Position numbers and translations under genes: made by a program | Assembly: GCA_021155885.1 (NCBI GenBank) | Contig: JAJNBB010000005.1 | Span: forward strand, 1 to 61,177 | DNA from: Fibrobacteria bacterium | GTDB taxonomy: Bacteria > Fibrobacterota > Fibrobacteria > UBA11236 | Reading direction: 5' to 3' | Length of the DNA: 61,177 nucleotides | In this document: piece by piece, positions 19,592-28,607 of the stretch | Layout: each line of letters begins with the position of its first letter | How positions within the stretch are numbered: the stretch's first letter is position 1 | The notes under the pieces: model-generated | The model's input: the letters and a program-made list of their open reading frames with translations, nothing else | Databases searched by the model: none | What the model was told of the DNA's origin: nothing

Positions 19592-19670
19592 CGAACAGCG
19601 GACAGCAAAAAAGGCGGCTCAGTGAGTCGCTTTTTTTGTTCCGTTTTTCCAACAACTAACAACCAACAAC
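19590..19670. repeat. Chimeric heptamer element (AGCGRAC x2 ... YAACAAC x3) enclosing a terminator
   Basis: Read directly. Confidence 0.7.
19607..19638. terminator. Bidirectional intrinsic terminator between folE2 and clpS
   Basis: AAAAAAGGCGGCTC-AGT-GAGTCGCTTTTTTT. Confidence 0.75.
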
Positions 19671-19698
19671 GGCGGGGGTTAAACCGGGTTGCGGTGCG

Positions 19699-20070
19699 CT
19701 AGCATCCCTGTACTTCCGCGTTCATCGAGGACATGCTCTGCGGCAGGCGGTGGTCGGGTCCGTAGGCCTGGATGCGGGCCTGCACGGCCTCGCATTCCTC
19801 CCGCGTCCCGTAATGGACAATGGTGCGGCCGGTGAGGTCGACCTCGACGGCGCAACGGAAGGCGTTCTCCCGCGAGAGCTTCGAGGCATGGACCAGCATC
19901 TCGACCACGTAGTCGTAGGTGTGCTCTTCGTCGTTGAACAAAATGACCTTGCAGGGCTGGCGGGTTTGCGGCTGGGGCTCGGTCTCGACTTCCTCGTCGA
20001 CCCGGGTTTCGGGCGATGATTCGCCCGCAAGCGGCCTCATGCCTGGCGGCACCAGGGGTCCCTTCGTCAT
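19699..20070 (-). CDS. clpS: ATP-dependent Clp protease adaptor ClpS family protein
   Basis: KVILFNDEEHTYDYVVEML...A.EVD..GRTIV. Confidence 0.8.
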   Translation of the reverse strand: MTKGPLVPPGMRPLAGESSPETRVDEEVETEPQPQTRQPCKVILFNDEEHTYDYVVEMLVHASKLSRENAFRCAVEVDLTGRTIVHYGTREECEAVQARIQAYGPDHRLPQSMSSMNAEVQGC

Positions 20071-20588
20071 CGGGCCACCACTTTTTCCCAGAAGTACGCC
20101 CAGGCCCGTTCCTGTTCGCCGGCCTGGAAGGCGTGCTTTTCGCCCTCGAGCCCCCGGATGCCGTCGAGATATTCGTTGATCACGTCGATGGTCTGGCGCA
20201 GGAAGAAGGGCTGGCGGCTTTGCACGAAGGCCAGATCCTCGAGAACGTGGCAGGGCAGGTAGGTTTCCAGGGGGTTGAAATTCGGGGATTCGCCCCCGGC
20301 GATCACCGACTTGAAATACCGGTCGAAAAACTCGTCCACCAGGGGGCGGTTTTCCTCCTCGTGGTCGCCCATGAGCTTTTGAAAGAGCGGGGCCCCATGT
20401 TTATCCGGGCCGGAGTCCTTCAGGAGCTGGACGAACAGGCCGAGCGCGGCCTCGTCGACCTTGCGGGCCAGCAGCAGGAGGTCGCGCGACGAAAGCGCCG
20501 CGAGGTCTTCCAGCGTGCGGAAACGGGCTCCTTTGCGGAGGCCCGACAAGTAGGCCAGCATCATGCTTTGATGCTCTTCTGACAGCAT
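20067..20588 (-). CDS. Hypothetical helical protein translationally coupled to clpS
   Basis: Typical codon usage; ATGA overlap with clpS; no motif recognised. Confidence 0.65.
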   Translation of the reverse strand: MLSEEHQSMMLAYLSGLRKGARFRTLEDLAALSSRDLLLLARKVDEAALGLFVQLLKDSGPDKHGAPLFQKLMGDHEEENRPLVDEFFDRYFKSVIAGGESPNFNPLETYLPCHVLEDLAFVQSRQPFFLRQTIDVINEYLDGIRGLEGEKHAFQAGEQERAWAYFWEKVVAR

Positions 20589-20724
20589 AGTGGAAGCTCC
20601 CGGCAGCAGGTAATATAGGACGTTCCGCCCTCGAAAACCGGGCACGAATCCGGCCCCCCTGCCCCCCGTATGTTTTTAAAATTGGGAGAAGCCGGAAAGG
20701 TCCGGCCGCTTCACGGAGTTCGAC

Positions 20725-21108
20725 TTGATTTCCTGCCCCAAATGCACCGCCCCCATGGATCCCGTCGCCTATGACGGCGTCACCGTTCATCGCTGCACAC
20801 GCTGCCAGGGCATCTGGTTCGACGGCGCCACCTACCGCAGCCTGAAGAAGGTTCCGGGCGCGGACAAAATCGACACCGGCAGCGCGGCCACCGGGCGCAA
20901 GAACGACGCGATCAAGGACGTGCTGTGCCCGGTGTGCCGCACGGTGCTCGAAGTCAAGCCCGACCTGTACCAGCCGCATATCCATTATGACGTCTGCCCC
21001 GCGGGCGACGGGGTGTACTTCGACGCGGGCGAGTTCCGGGATTTCGTGAAGGAAGACCTCGCCGACTTCTTCAAGGACCTTCTGGCCGGGAGGCGGAACC
21101 ACTACTAG
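20725..21108 (+). CDS. Double zinc-ribbon (zf-TFIIB-like) protein
   Basis: CPKC...CTRCQGIWFD and CPVC...CPAGDGVYFDAGE; TTG start after GGAG. Confidence 0.8.
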   Translation: MISCPKCTAPMDPVAYDGVTVHRCTRCQGIWFDGATYRSLKKVPGADKIDTGSAATGRKNDAIKDVLCPVCRTVLEVKPDLYQPHIHYDVCPAGDGVYFDAGEFRDFVKEDLADFFKDLLAGRRNHY

Positions 21109-21197
21109 TGATGAATGAGGAGTGCGGAATGAGTAAGGGGCCTGCGCTTTCGGAGGCTCTGGCGGTGTTTCATCATTCCTCATTCATCACTCCTCAC
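21108..21197. repeat. Heptamer inverted-arm element, RTGANGA / TCNTCAY variant
   Basis: GTGATGA ATGAGGA GTGCGGA ATGAGTA ... TCATCAT TCCTCAT TCATCAC TCCTCAC. Confidence 0.8.
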
Positions 21198-21211
21198 TTG
21201 GGCTCCCTGCC

Positions 21212-22192
21212 ATGATTTCCGTCACCAATCTTTCCAAGTCCTTCCGCGTGCACCGCAAGGCTCCCGGTTTCCGCAGCTCGGTGCGCAGCCTGTTCCGGCG
21301 CGACTGGCATGAGGTGCAGGCGCTGAAATCCGTATCTCTGTCGGTGGGCGCGGGCGAAATCGTCGGCATCGTGGGGGCCAATGGGGCGGGCAAGACGACC
21401 TTGGTCAAATGCCTGTCGGGCATATTGCACCCCACCTCCGGGAGCGCGACGGTGCTGGGGCACGTCCCCTGGGAGCGCGAGGACGCCTTCCGCAGCCGCA
21501 TCGCCCTGATCATGGGCCAGAAGGCCCAACTGTGGTGGGATCTGCCCGCCGCGGACGGCTTTCTCCTGCTGCGCGAAATCTACCGCATTCCCGAGAAGCA
21601 ATTCCGAGCCTCGCTGGACGAGCTGACGGCGGCGCTGCAGGTCGAGGACCGGCTGACGACGCAGATCCGCCGCCTGAGCCTGGGCGAGCGGATGAAAATG
21701 GAATTGATCGCCGCCTTGTTGCACAGCCCGCGCGTCGTGTTTCTGGACGAACCGACCTTGGGCCTCGACCTCACGGCGCAGCGCGCCATTCGCGAGTTTC
21801 TGCTGCGTTACCGGGAGAAGCACAACCCCGCCATGCTCCTGACCTCGCATTACATGGAGGACATCGAACGGCTGTGCCAGCGCATCGTGATCATCCGCGG
21901 CGGGGAGATCGTCTATGACGGCGGGCTGCGCGAAGTGCTCGACCACTATGCGCCGCACAAGCGCCTGACCGTGCGGTGGGACGAGGCGGGGATGGACGGG
22001 CTACCGGAGGACATCCTGCCCGCGGCCCTGGGGGAGATCACGGGGACGGAGCCCGGCGTGCTGCACGCGAAGGTACCGCGCGAGAAGGCGGCGGAGGCGG
22101 CCTCGTGGTTGCTGCGGCGCCTGCCGGTGGCCGACCTGAACCTCGAGGAAGAGGACGTGGGGTCCATCATTGAAGCGTTGATTCGGAAATGA
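21212..22192 (+). CDS. ABC transporter ATP-binding protein
   Basis: GANGAGKTT, LSLGE, FLDEPT, TSHYM. Confidence 0.93.
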   Translation: MISVTNLSKSFRVHRKAPGFRSSVRSLFRRDWHEVQALKSVSLSVGAGEIVGIVGANGAGKTTLVKCLSGILHPTSGSATVLGHVPWEREDAFRSRIALIMGQKAQLWWDLPAADGFLLLREIYRIPEKQFRASLDELTAALQVEDRLTTQIRRLSLGERMKMELIAALLHSPRVVFLDEPTLGLDLTAQRAIREFLLRYREKHNPAMLLTSHYMEDIERLCQRIVIIRGGEIVYDGGLREVLDHYAPHKRLTVRWDEAGMDGLPEDILPAALGEITGTEPGVLHAKVPREKAAEAASWLLRRLPVADLNLEEEDVGSIIEALIRK

Positions 22193-22261
22193 GATGGAGC
22201 GTGCTCTCGCCGGACAGACGCGTCGAACCTCGCTCGGCACCGCTTATGGGGAACTAGACCC

Positions 22262-23071
22262 GTGAACCTCCCCCTGTTCCGCCGGCTGTTCGCGCTGGAG
22301 TTCAAGCGCGCCTTCGCGTATCGTGCGGAGTTCTGGCTGGGATTCCTGGGCAACGCCCTGACCCAGGTTGCCGTGGCCTATCTGCTCTGGAGCGCGGTGT
22401 TCGCCTCGACCGGCGCGCATTCGCTGGGCGGGCTGACGCTGCGCGACCTGGCCCTGTATTACCTCCTCGTTCCCCTCGTCGAACGGATCACGCTCGGCGC
22501 CGAGATGAGCCATATCTCCGGCGAAATCTACGACGGGACCCTGAACCGCTACCTGGTGTACCCGGTATCGTTCTTCGGGTTCAAGTACGTGACCTCCCTC
22601 GCGCAAAGCCTCGTCTATGCGGCCCAGATGGCCGCGCTGGCGGGCCTGTGCCTGTGGGTGTTCGGCGTGCCGCCCGCCTTCCGTTTCACCCCGGGCGGGA
22701 TCGCGCTCGCGCTCGCGGCCCTGATGCTGGGCACCGTGCTCTATTTCAGCCTGGCCGCCTGCCTGGAAATGATCGCCTTTTGGGCCGACAATGTCTGGAG
22801 CCTGATGGTGCTACTCAAGATGGTGCTGCATTTCCTGGGCGGCGGCCTGCTGCCGCTGGTCCTGTTTCCCGCGGGGTTCCGCGCCGTGCTGGAGCTGACG
22901 CCGTTCCCCTATCTGGTTTCCTTTCCCTTGCGGTTCCTCATGCAGGATATCACTGCCGCCGAGGCGGTCCGCGGCTTCGCCGTGATGGGCGGCTGGATCC
23001 TCGGCCTGTCGCTCCTGGCGGGATGGATCTGGCGGCGCGGAGCGCGGCAATACGCGGGGGTGGGGATTTAG
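22262..23071 (+). CDS. ABC-2 type permease
   Basis: AYRAEF, G.L..YL.YP, GGLLPL; multiple TM helices. Confidence 0.85.
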   Translation: MNLPLFRRLFALEFKRAFAYRAEFWLGFLGNALTQVAVAYLLWSAVFASTGAHSLGGLTLRDLALYYLLVPLVERITLGAEMSHISGEIYDGTLNRYLVYPVSFFGFKYVTSLAQSLVYAAQMAALAGLCLWVFGVPPAFRFTPGGIALALAALMLGTVLYFSLAACLEMIAFWADNVWSLMVLLKMVLHFLGGGLLPLVLFPAGFRAVLELTPFPYLVSFPLRFLMQDITAAEAVRGFAVMGGWILGLSLLAGWIWRRGARQYAGVGI

Positions 23072-23096
23072 CGCGCCTTGGCGTGCGGTCCTGTCT

Positions 23097-23882
23097 ATGC
23101 GCTACCTGCGGCTGTATCTCTGCTTTTTGCGCTTTTCGGCCGGCAAGTCGATGGAATTCCGCGTCGACTTCTTCTTTCGCATCGTGATGGACCTTGCGTA
23201 CTACGGGGTCGCGCTGGGTTTCTTCCACCTGCTTTACCTGCACACGCCCACCGTGGCCGGCTGGGACGTCCATCAGGCCCGCGTGTTCGTGGCCGGGTAT
23301 ATCGTCATCGACGCCATCCACATGACGGTTTTCTCCAACAACCTGTGGATCCTTCCCTCGCTGGTGAACAAGGGAGACCTCGATTACTACCTCGCGCGCC
23401 CGGTGTCCTCGCTGTTCTTCCTCAGCCTGCGCGACTTCGCCTTCAATTCCTTCCTCAACCTGATCTTCGCCGGGGGCATCCTGGCCTGGGCCCTGGCCTC
23501 GTACCCCGCGCCGCTGGGCGCGGCCTCCATCGTCTTTTTCTTGCTGTTGTTGCTGGGCGGCAGCCTGCTGTATTTCTGCGTCCACATGCTGTTCGTGCTC
23601 CCGGTTTTCTGGACCCACTCCGGCCAGGTCCTCACCTCGCTGTTCTACAACGTCACCCGGTTCATGGAACGGCCGGACCGCATCTACCGGGGCTGGACGC
23701 GGCTGCTGTTCACGGTGCTGCTGCCTTTCGGCGTGATGGCGTCCTTCCCCGCACGGCTGCTGATGGAGCCGTTCGACCCGTGGATCCTCGCCCAATTCGC
23801 CGCCATCGTGGCCGTCTTTTTCCTGCTCGTGATCGGGGTGTGGCGGGCCGGTTTGCGGGCGTATTCTTCGGCGTCTTCATAG
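23097..23882 (+). CDS. ABC-2 type permease (second subunit)
   Basis: EFRVDF, GDLDYYLARP, C-terminal YSSASS. Confidence 0.85.
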   Translation: MRYLRLYLCFLRFSAGKSMEFRVDFFFRIVMDLAYYGVALGFFHLLYLHTPTVAGWDVHQARVFVAGYIVIDAIHMTVFSNNLWILPSLVNKGDLDYYLARPVSSLFFLSLRDFAFNSFLNLIFAGGILAWALASYPAPLGAASIVFFLLLLLGGSLLYFCVHMLFVLPVFWTHSGQVLTSLFYNVTRFMERPDRIYRGWTRLLFTVLLPFGVMASFPARLLMEPFDPWILAQFAAIVAVFFLLVIGVWRAGLRAYSSASS

Positions 23883-23905
23883 GGCGGACGGCCGTCCGCC
23901 CCTAC
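23879..23905. repeat. GTAG-type REP-like palindrome (degenerate) overlapping the permease stop codon
   Basis: ATAGGGCGGACGGCCGTCCGCCCCTAC. Confidence 0.7.
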
Positions 23906-23963
23906 GCGCGCAAACCGGCTCCGGAGGCAACGTGAATCCCCTCCACTTGCTACAATTCCACCC

Positions 23964-25436
23964 ATGAAGCCCGTCCGCAAAAAAATCGGTAAATCCGTCC
24001 GCAGCGCCTCCTCCGTCAAGGCCTCTTCCGCCAAGAAGTCCGCCGCGCCCGCCAAGGGCAACGTGTCCGCCCTATGGGCCGGGCGCTTCTCCGCCGGCAT
24101 GTCGCCCAGCATGGAAAAGCTCTCGGTGAGCCTGCACTTCGACAAGAAGCTCTATCGCGAGGACATCGAGGGAAGCATGGCCCATGCGCACGGGCTGCAC
24201 GCGGCCAAGGTGCTGACGGCTTCCGAACGCGACCGCATGGTCGCCGGCCTCAAGGGCATCCTTGCCGACATCGCGGCGGGCAAGGCCCTTTTCAAGCCCT
24301 CCGACGAGGACATCCACATGGCGGTGGAGCGCATCCTCACCGAGCGCGTCGGCGACCTCGGCAAGAAGCTGCACACGGGCCGCAGCCGCAACGACCAGGT
24401 GGCCACCGATTTCCGCCTCTACGTCATGCGCCGCGCCGAGGCGCTGACGGGACGCGTGGAAGAACTGCAAGGCGCCCTGCTGGCGAAGGCGAAGCAATAC
24501 AAGGCCGACATCATGCCGGGTTATACCCACGTGCAGCAGGCCCAGCCGATCCTCATCGCGCATTACCTGCTTTCGTTCTTCTTCGCGCTCGAGCGCGACA
24601 AGTCGCGCCTGCGGCACGCCTGGTGGTCGGCGGGCGAGATGCCCCTCGGGTCCGGCGCGCTGGCGGGCTCGGCCTTTCCCTACAACCGCGAACTAGTGGC
24701 CGAACGCCTCGGCTTTCCGGCGGTCTCGCGCAACAGCATCGACGCCACCGCCCACCGCGACTTCGCGCTGGAATTCCTGGGCGCGCTCGGCTGCATCGGC
24801 GTCCTGCTCAGCAGCTACGCCGAGGACTTCGTGATCTGGTCCGCCTCGGAGTTCGGCTACGTGAAGCTGGGCGAGGCCTACACCTCGGGCTCGAGCATGA
24901 TGCCGCAGAAGCGCAATCCCGACTCCATGGAACTGATCCGGGGCAAGGCCGGGCGGCTGCTCGGCGCCCAGGCGCGCCTGTTCACCGTGCTCAAGGGCCT
25001 GCCGCACGGGTACGACCGCGACCTGCAGGAGGACAAGGAGCCCGTGTTCGACGCCGTCGAGACCGCCTCCACTTGCCTCCAAGTGATGGCCGAGGCCATC
25101 GAATCGCTGACCTTCGACACGAAAAAGATCCTCAAGCGCATGCAGCCGGCCCTGCTCGCCACCGACCTGGCGGACGTATTGGTGGAAAAGGGGGTGCCCT
25201 TCCGGGATGCGCACCATATCGTGGGGCGCCTCGTCGGCGAGGCCGAGAAGAAGGGCGTCTCCTTCCTCGAACTGCCCGCGGAATCGTGGAAGACGGTTCC
25301 CGACGCCGCGAAAGTCCGAAAGATGCTGACCTATGCCTTCTCCGTCGAGCGCCGCAACATCCAGGGCGGCACCGGTAGCAAGTCAGTGGCGGCGCAGATC
25401 CGCGAGGCGGAGAAAATCCTCAAGCGGGTGGGGTAG
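23964..25436 (+). CDS. argH: Argininosuccinate lyase
   Basis: LWAGRF, EDIH, GRSRNDQ, MPGYTH, GSSMMPQKRNPD, DLQEDK. Confidence 0.96.
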   Translation: MKPVRKKIGKSVRSASSVKASSAKKSAAPAKGNVSALWAGRFSAGMSPSMEKLSVSLHFDKKLYREDIEGSMAHAHGLHAAKVLTASERDRMVAGLKGILADIAAGKALFKPSDEDIHMAVERILTERVGDLGKKLHTGRSRNDQVATDFRLYVMRRAEALTGRVEELQGALLAKAKQYKADIMPGYTHVQQAQPILIAHYLLSFFFALERDKSRLRHAWWSAGEMPLGSGALAGSAFPYNRELVAERLGFPAVSRNSIDATAHRDFALEFLGALGCIGVLLSSYAEDFVIWSASEFGYVKLGEAYTSGSSMMPQKRNPDSMELIRGKAGRLLGAQARLFTVLKGLPHGYDRDLQEDKEPVFDAVETASTCLQVMAEAIESLTFDTKKILKRMQPALLATDLADVLVEKGVPFRDAHHIVGRLVGEAEKKGVSFLELPAESWKTVPDAAKVRKMLTYAFSVERRNIQGGTGSKSVAAQIREAEKILKRVG

Positions 25437-25440
25437 GCGG

Positions 25441-25521
25441 ATTGCCGCAAAGGATCGCAAAGAAGAAAGGGCCGCATTCGCGGCCTTTTTTTGTTCGTCT
25501 TTGTGATCTTTTGCGGCCAAT
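25441..25521. repeat. GCCGCAAAGGATCGCAAA repeat, copy 1, with internal terminator hairpin
   Basis: Arms GCCGCAAAGGATCGCAAAGA / TCTTTGTGATCTTTTGCGGC around GGGCCGC-ATTC-GCGGCC-T7. Confidence 0.8.
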
Positions 25522-25540
25522 CGTTCTTGTTAGCGCTTGC

Positions 25541-25981
25541 CTATCTCTTGCTGAGCCCGAAAAACACGATCGAGACGACCGCCGCAGCGATGCTGATGCC
25601 ACCGTAGAGGTTGATGCGCTCGCGCAGGATGAAGACGCCGAGCACGATCGTCGTGAGTAACACGGAGGTTACGGCGAACAGGGCGTAGTACGAAGTGTCG
25701 AACCGGCTATAGAGGAGATAGAACCCGAGGAAGGTCAGGAACATCCCGAAGCCGGAGACGGAGTACCAGAAGAGGTTTTTCCTCAGGAATTCCCCGGAGC
25801 CGCGCAGGCCGAAAAACGCGGTGCCGATGAGATAGAGGGCCAGGCACACGGCCATGGCGGTGGCGGTGAAGTAGAACGGGTTGGCGGTGTTCCCGACCTT
25901 GCGGTTTCCCCAGACGAACAGGACGTTGCCGAAGGCGGCGATGAGGGCGAAGCTGAAGGGAATCAGGAATTTCAGGGGCAT
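25541..25981 (-). CDS. Small DMT/EamA-family membrane protein
   Basis: About 5 TM helices; LGVFILRERIN; AT-richer coding sequence. Confidence 0.75.
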   Translation of the reverse strand: MPLKFLIPFSFALIAAFGNVLFVWGNRKVGNTANPFYFTATAMAVCLALYLIGTAFFGLRGSGEFLRKNLFWYSVSGFGMFLTFLGFYLLYSRFDTSYYALFAVTSVLLTTIVLGVFILRERINLYGGISIAAAVVSIVFFGLSKR

Positions 25982-26113
25982 GCCTCGCAATGTACCAATC
26001 CCGTGTTTTCGGACCCCGGGAAGCGCCTGAAATCGTCCCGCGCGCAATGGAGGCGCCCCTCTAAAGTGCTACATTTGGGCCCTCAAACGCCCTTTATTTT
26101 CCGGAGTTTTCGC

Positions 26114-27415
26114 ATGTCTTTGGATCCCCAAGCGCAACAATTGAACGACGCCATCGCCGCCTCCCACCCGCAGGTGCTGGAAATGCTTTCGAAGCGCGGC
26201 AAGGCGATTTACTTCCCGAAGCTGGGCGTGCTGGCCCAGTCGGCGGACGCGCAGGGCAAGGACATAAACGCCACCATCGGCATCGCGCTGGAAGAAGACG
26301 GCGCGCCGCTCGTGCTTCCGAGCCTCGCCGACGCGATCAAGCTGCCGAAGGCCAACGCCTTTACCTACGCGCCCAGCCCCGGCCGTCCCGACCTGCGCAA
26401 GCTGTGGAAGGAAATGATCGTGAAGAAGAGCCCGTCGCTGGCGGGGAAGGCGATCAGCACGCCGGTGGTGACCACCGCGCTCACGCACGGCATCTCGATG
26501 GCGGCGTATCTCTTCTGCGACGAGAACGATACCGTGTTCATCCCGAGCCTGTACTGGGAGAACTATGACCTCGCGGTGACCCTGGCCACGGGTGCGAAGC
26601 TGGAGACCTTCAACACCTTCACTCCCGCGGGCGGGTTCGACGTGGAAGCGCTGCGGGCCAAGCTCGCCGGCGGCAAGCGCGGCGGCAAGAAGATCGTGAG
26701 CCTGAACTTCCCGAACAACCCCTCCGGTTACACGCCGACGGTTGAAGAGGCGGCCGGGATCGTGAAGGTCCTGACGGAAGCGGCGCAGGCGGGCGACAAG
26801 GTGGTCGTGCTGCTCGACGACGCCTATTTCGGCCTGGTGTTCGCCCCGGGCGTGTACGAGGAGTCGGTGTTCGCGCCCCTCGCTGACGCCCACGAGAACC
26901 TGCTCGCGGTCAAGATCGACGGCGCGACCAAGGAAGACTATGTCTGGGGCTTTCGCGTGGGCTTCCTGACCTACGGCATTAAGGGCGGCACGCCCGCGCT
27001 GTACGAAGCGCTCGAGGCCAAGACGGGCGGCGCGATCCGCGGCAACATCTCCAACAGCTCGCACCCGGCGCAGTCGCTGCTGCTGGCCGCCTGGTCCTCC
27101 CCCGGTTACGCCGCCGAGAAGCAGCGCGCGTTCGACCTGCTGAAGAAGCGCTACGACAAGGTGCGGTCGATCCTGGACGCGCACCCCGAATACGCCGAGG
27201 CCTTCGTGCCCCTGCCGTTCAACTCGGGTTATTTCATGTGCGTCCGGCCGCTGAAGGCCGACGCCGAGGCGCTGCGCAAGAAGCTGCTGGTGGATTATTC
27301 CACCGGCACCGTCAACTTCGGCGGCATCCTGCGCGTGGCCTTCTCGGCGACGCCCACGGACAAGCTCGAGAAGCTTTTCGACAACCTGTACAAGGCGGCG
27401 AAGGAACTAGGTTAG
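26114..27415 (+). CDS. Class I/II PLP-dependent aminotransferase
   Basis: NATIG, NFPNNPSGY, DDAYFG, DGATKEDYVWGFRVGF. Confidence 0.9.
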   Translation: MSLDPQAQQLNDAIAASHPQVLEMLSKRGKAIYFPKLGVLAQSADAQGKDINATIGIALEEDGAPLVLPSLADAIKLPKANAFTYAPSPGRPDLRKLWKEMIVKKSPSLAGKAISTPVVTTALTHGISMAAYLFCDENDTVFIPSLYWENYDLAVTLATGAKLETFNTFTPAGGFDVEALRAKLAGGKRGGKKIVSLNFPNNPSGYTPTVEEAAGIVKVLTEAAQAGDKVVVLLDDAYFGLVFAPGVYEESVFAPLADAHENLLAVKIDGATKEDYVWGFRVGFLTYGIKGGTPALYEALEAKTGGAIRGNISNSSHPAQSLLLAAWSSPGYAAEKQRAFDLLKKRYDKVRSILDAHPEYAEAFVPLPFNSGYFMCVRPLKADAEALRKKLLVDYSTGTVNFGGILRVAFSATPTDKLEKLFDNLYKAAKELG

Positions 27416-27420
27416 CGCGG

Positions 27421-27497
27421 ATTGGCCGCAAAGGATCGCAAAAAGCACAAAGGGCCGCCCTAAGCGGCCCTTTTCTTTTATGCCTGGATTCTTTGCG
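27421..27497. repeat. GCCGCAAAGGATCGCAAA repeat, copy 2, with terminator hairpin
   Basis: ATTGGCCGCAAAGGATCGCAAAAAG...GGGCCGC-CCTAA-GCGGCCC-TTTT...CTTTGCG. Confidence 0.78.
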
Positions 27498-27629
27498 AAA
27501 TACCATTTTTTTGTAACATCATTTTACCATCACGGATATGGCCGGTAAAAATATTAATCCCTAGCCGGACTTCCTCCGGATTCATATAATTGTGCCGGGT
27601 AGGAAACCACATAGCTTGGAGGGGATACC

Positions 27630-28433
27630 ATGAACTTTCATAAAAACGCAACGGTTGCTTTGTCGGTCTTTCTGGCGGCTTTCGCCGTTTCAAACGCGGC
27701 GGTCGGCGACACGGTCCGCGTCAACAGCGGCGCCACCGCACCCTATACGGACACCAAGGGCCAAGTATGGGCCGCTGACTCGGGTTTCGTTGGGGGCGAG
27801 GCGTATTCGGCGACCGCGGAAATCGCGGGCACGGACGACGACGCCCTTCATACGGACGAGCGCTGGGATGATGCGGACTTCAGCTACACCTTCAACATGA
27901 AACAGGGCGCGGGCAGCTACATCGTGGGCCTGTACGAGGCCACCCTTTGGGATGGGGCTTGCGGCGAGGGCACGCGCGTTTTCAACGTGGACATCAATGG
28001 AACCCAGGTGCTTACCGATTACGACATGTCCAAGGAGGTCGGTTGCCTCACCGCGCAGGTCAAGCGCTTCGTGGTTACGTCCGCGGACGGGAAGATCACC
28101 ATCACTTTCAAGGTCGGGGCCGTCCAAAACCCGAAGATCAACGCCATTGAGATCTACCCCGGGACCGTGATTGGGATCCAGGGCCAGGGCAAGGCGAACG
28201 CGGGCGGCTCGAAGCTGTCGATCGCTTCCTCCAAGGGCGGGTTCACGGCGAACCTGCGCGCCGAGGGCGCCTACACGCTGGAACTCAGCGACCTGCAGGG
28301 CAAGCGCATCGGCATCAAGCAGGGCTTCGGCGACGGCGCGCAGACCTTCTCGAACCTGAAGCCGGGCGTCTATTTCCTGACCTCGCGCGTCGGCTCGCAA
28401 ACCGTCACCCGCACGGTCAGCGTTCTTCGCTAA
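27630..28433 (+). CDS. Secreted malectin-domain protein with T9SS-like C-terminal domain
   Basis: RVNSG...YTD..GQVW.AD, RVFNVDING, PKINAIEI; DLQGK and KPGVYFL at the C-terminus; GGAGG RBS. Confidence 0.85.
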   Translation: MNFHKNATVALSVFLAAFAVSNAAVGDTVRVNSGATAPYTDTKGQVWAADSGFVGGEAYSATAEIAGTDDDALHTDERWDDADFSYTFNMKQGAGSYIVGLYEATLWDGACGEGTRVFNVDINGTQVLTDYDMSKEVGCLTAQVKRFVVTSADGKITITFKVGAVQNPKINAIEIYPGTVIGIQGQGKANAGGSKLSIASSKGGFTANLRAEGAYTLELSDLQGKRIGIKQGFGDGAQTFSNLKPGVYFLTSRVGSQTVTRTVSVLR

Positions 28434-28461
28434 AGGCGCTGATAGAGCGGCTGAACGTAAG

Positions 28462-28598
28462 ATTGGCCGCAAAGGATCGCAAAAAAGAAGGGCCGCATTT
28501 GAGCGGCCCTTTTTATTTCATCTTTGCGTTCTTGATTCGCACCTATGGTGCTCATACTTTCAATTCTTTGCGGTCAATTCCAGGCGTTTTGCGGCCAT
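28462..28598. repeat. GCCGCAAAGGATCGCAAA repeat, copy 3, with terminator hairpin
   Basis: ATTGGCCGCAAAGGATCGCAAAAAAG...GGGCCGC-ATTTGA-GCGGCCC-TTTTT; downstream CTTTGCGG / TTTTGCGGCC remnants. Confidence 0.78.
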
Positions 28599-28607
28599 TG
28601 GGCTTGT

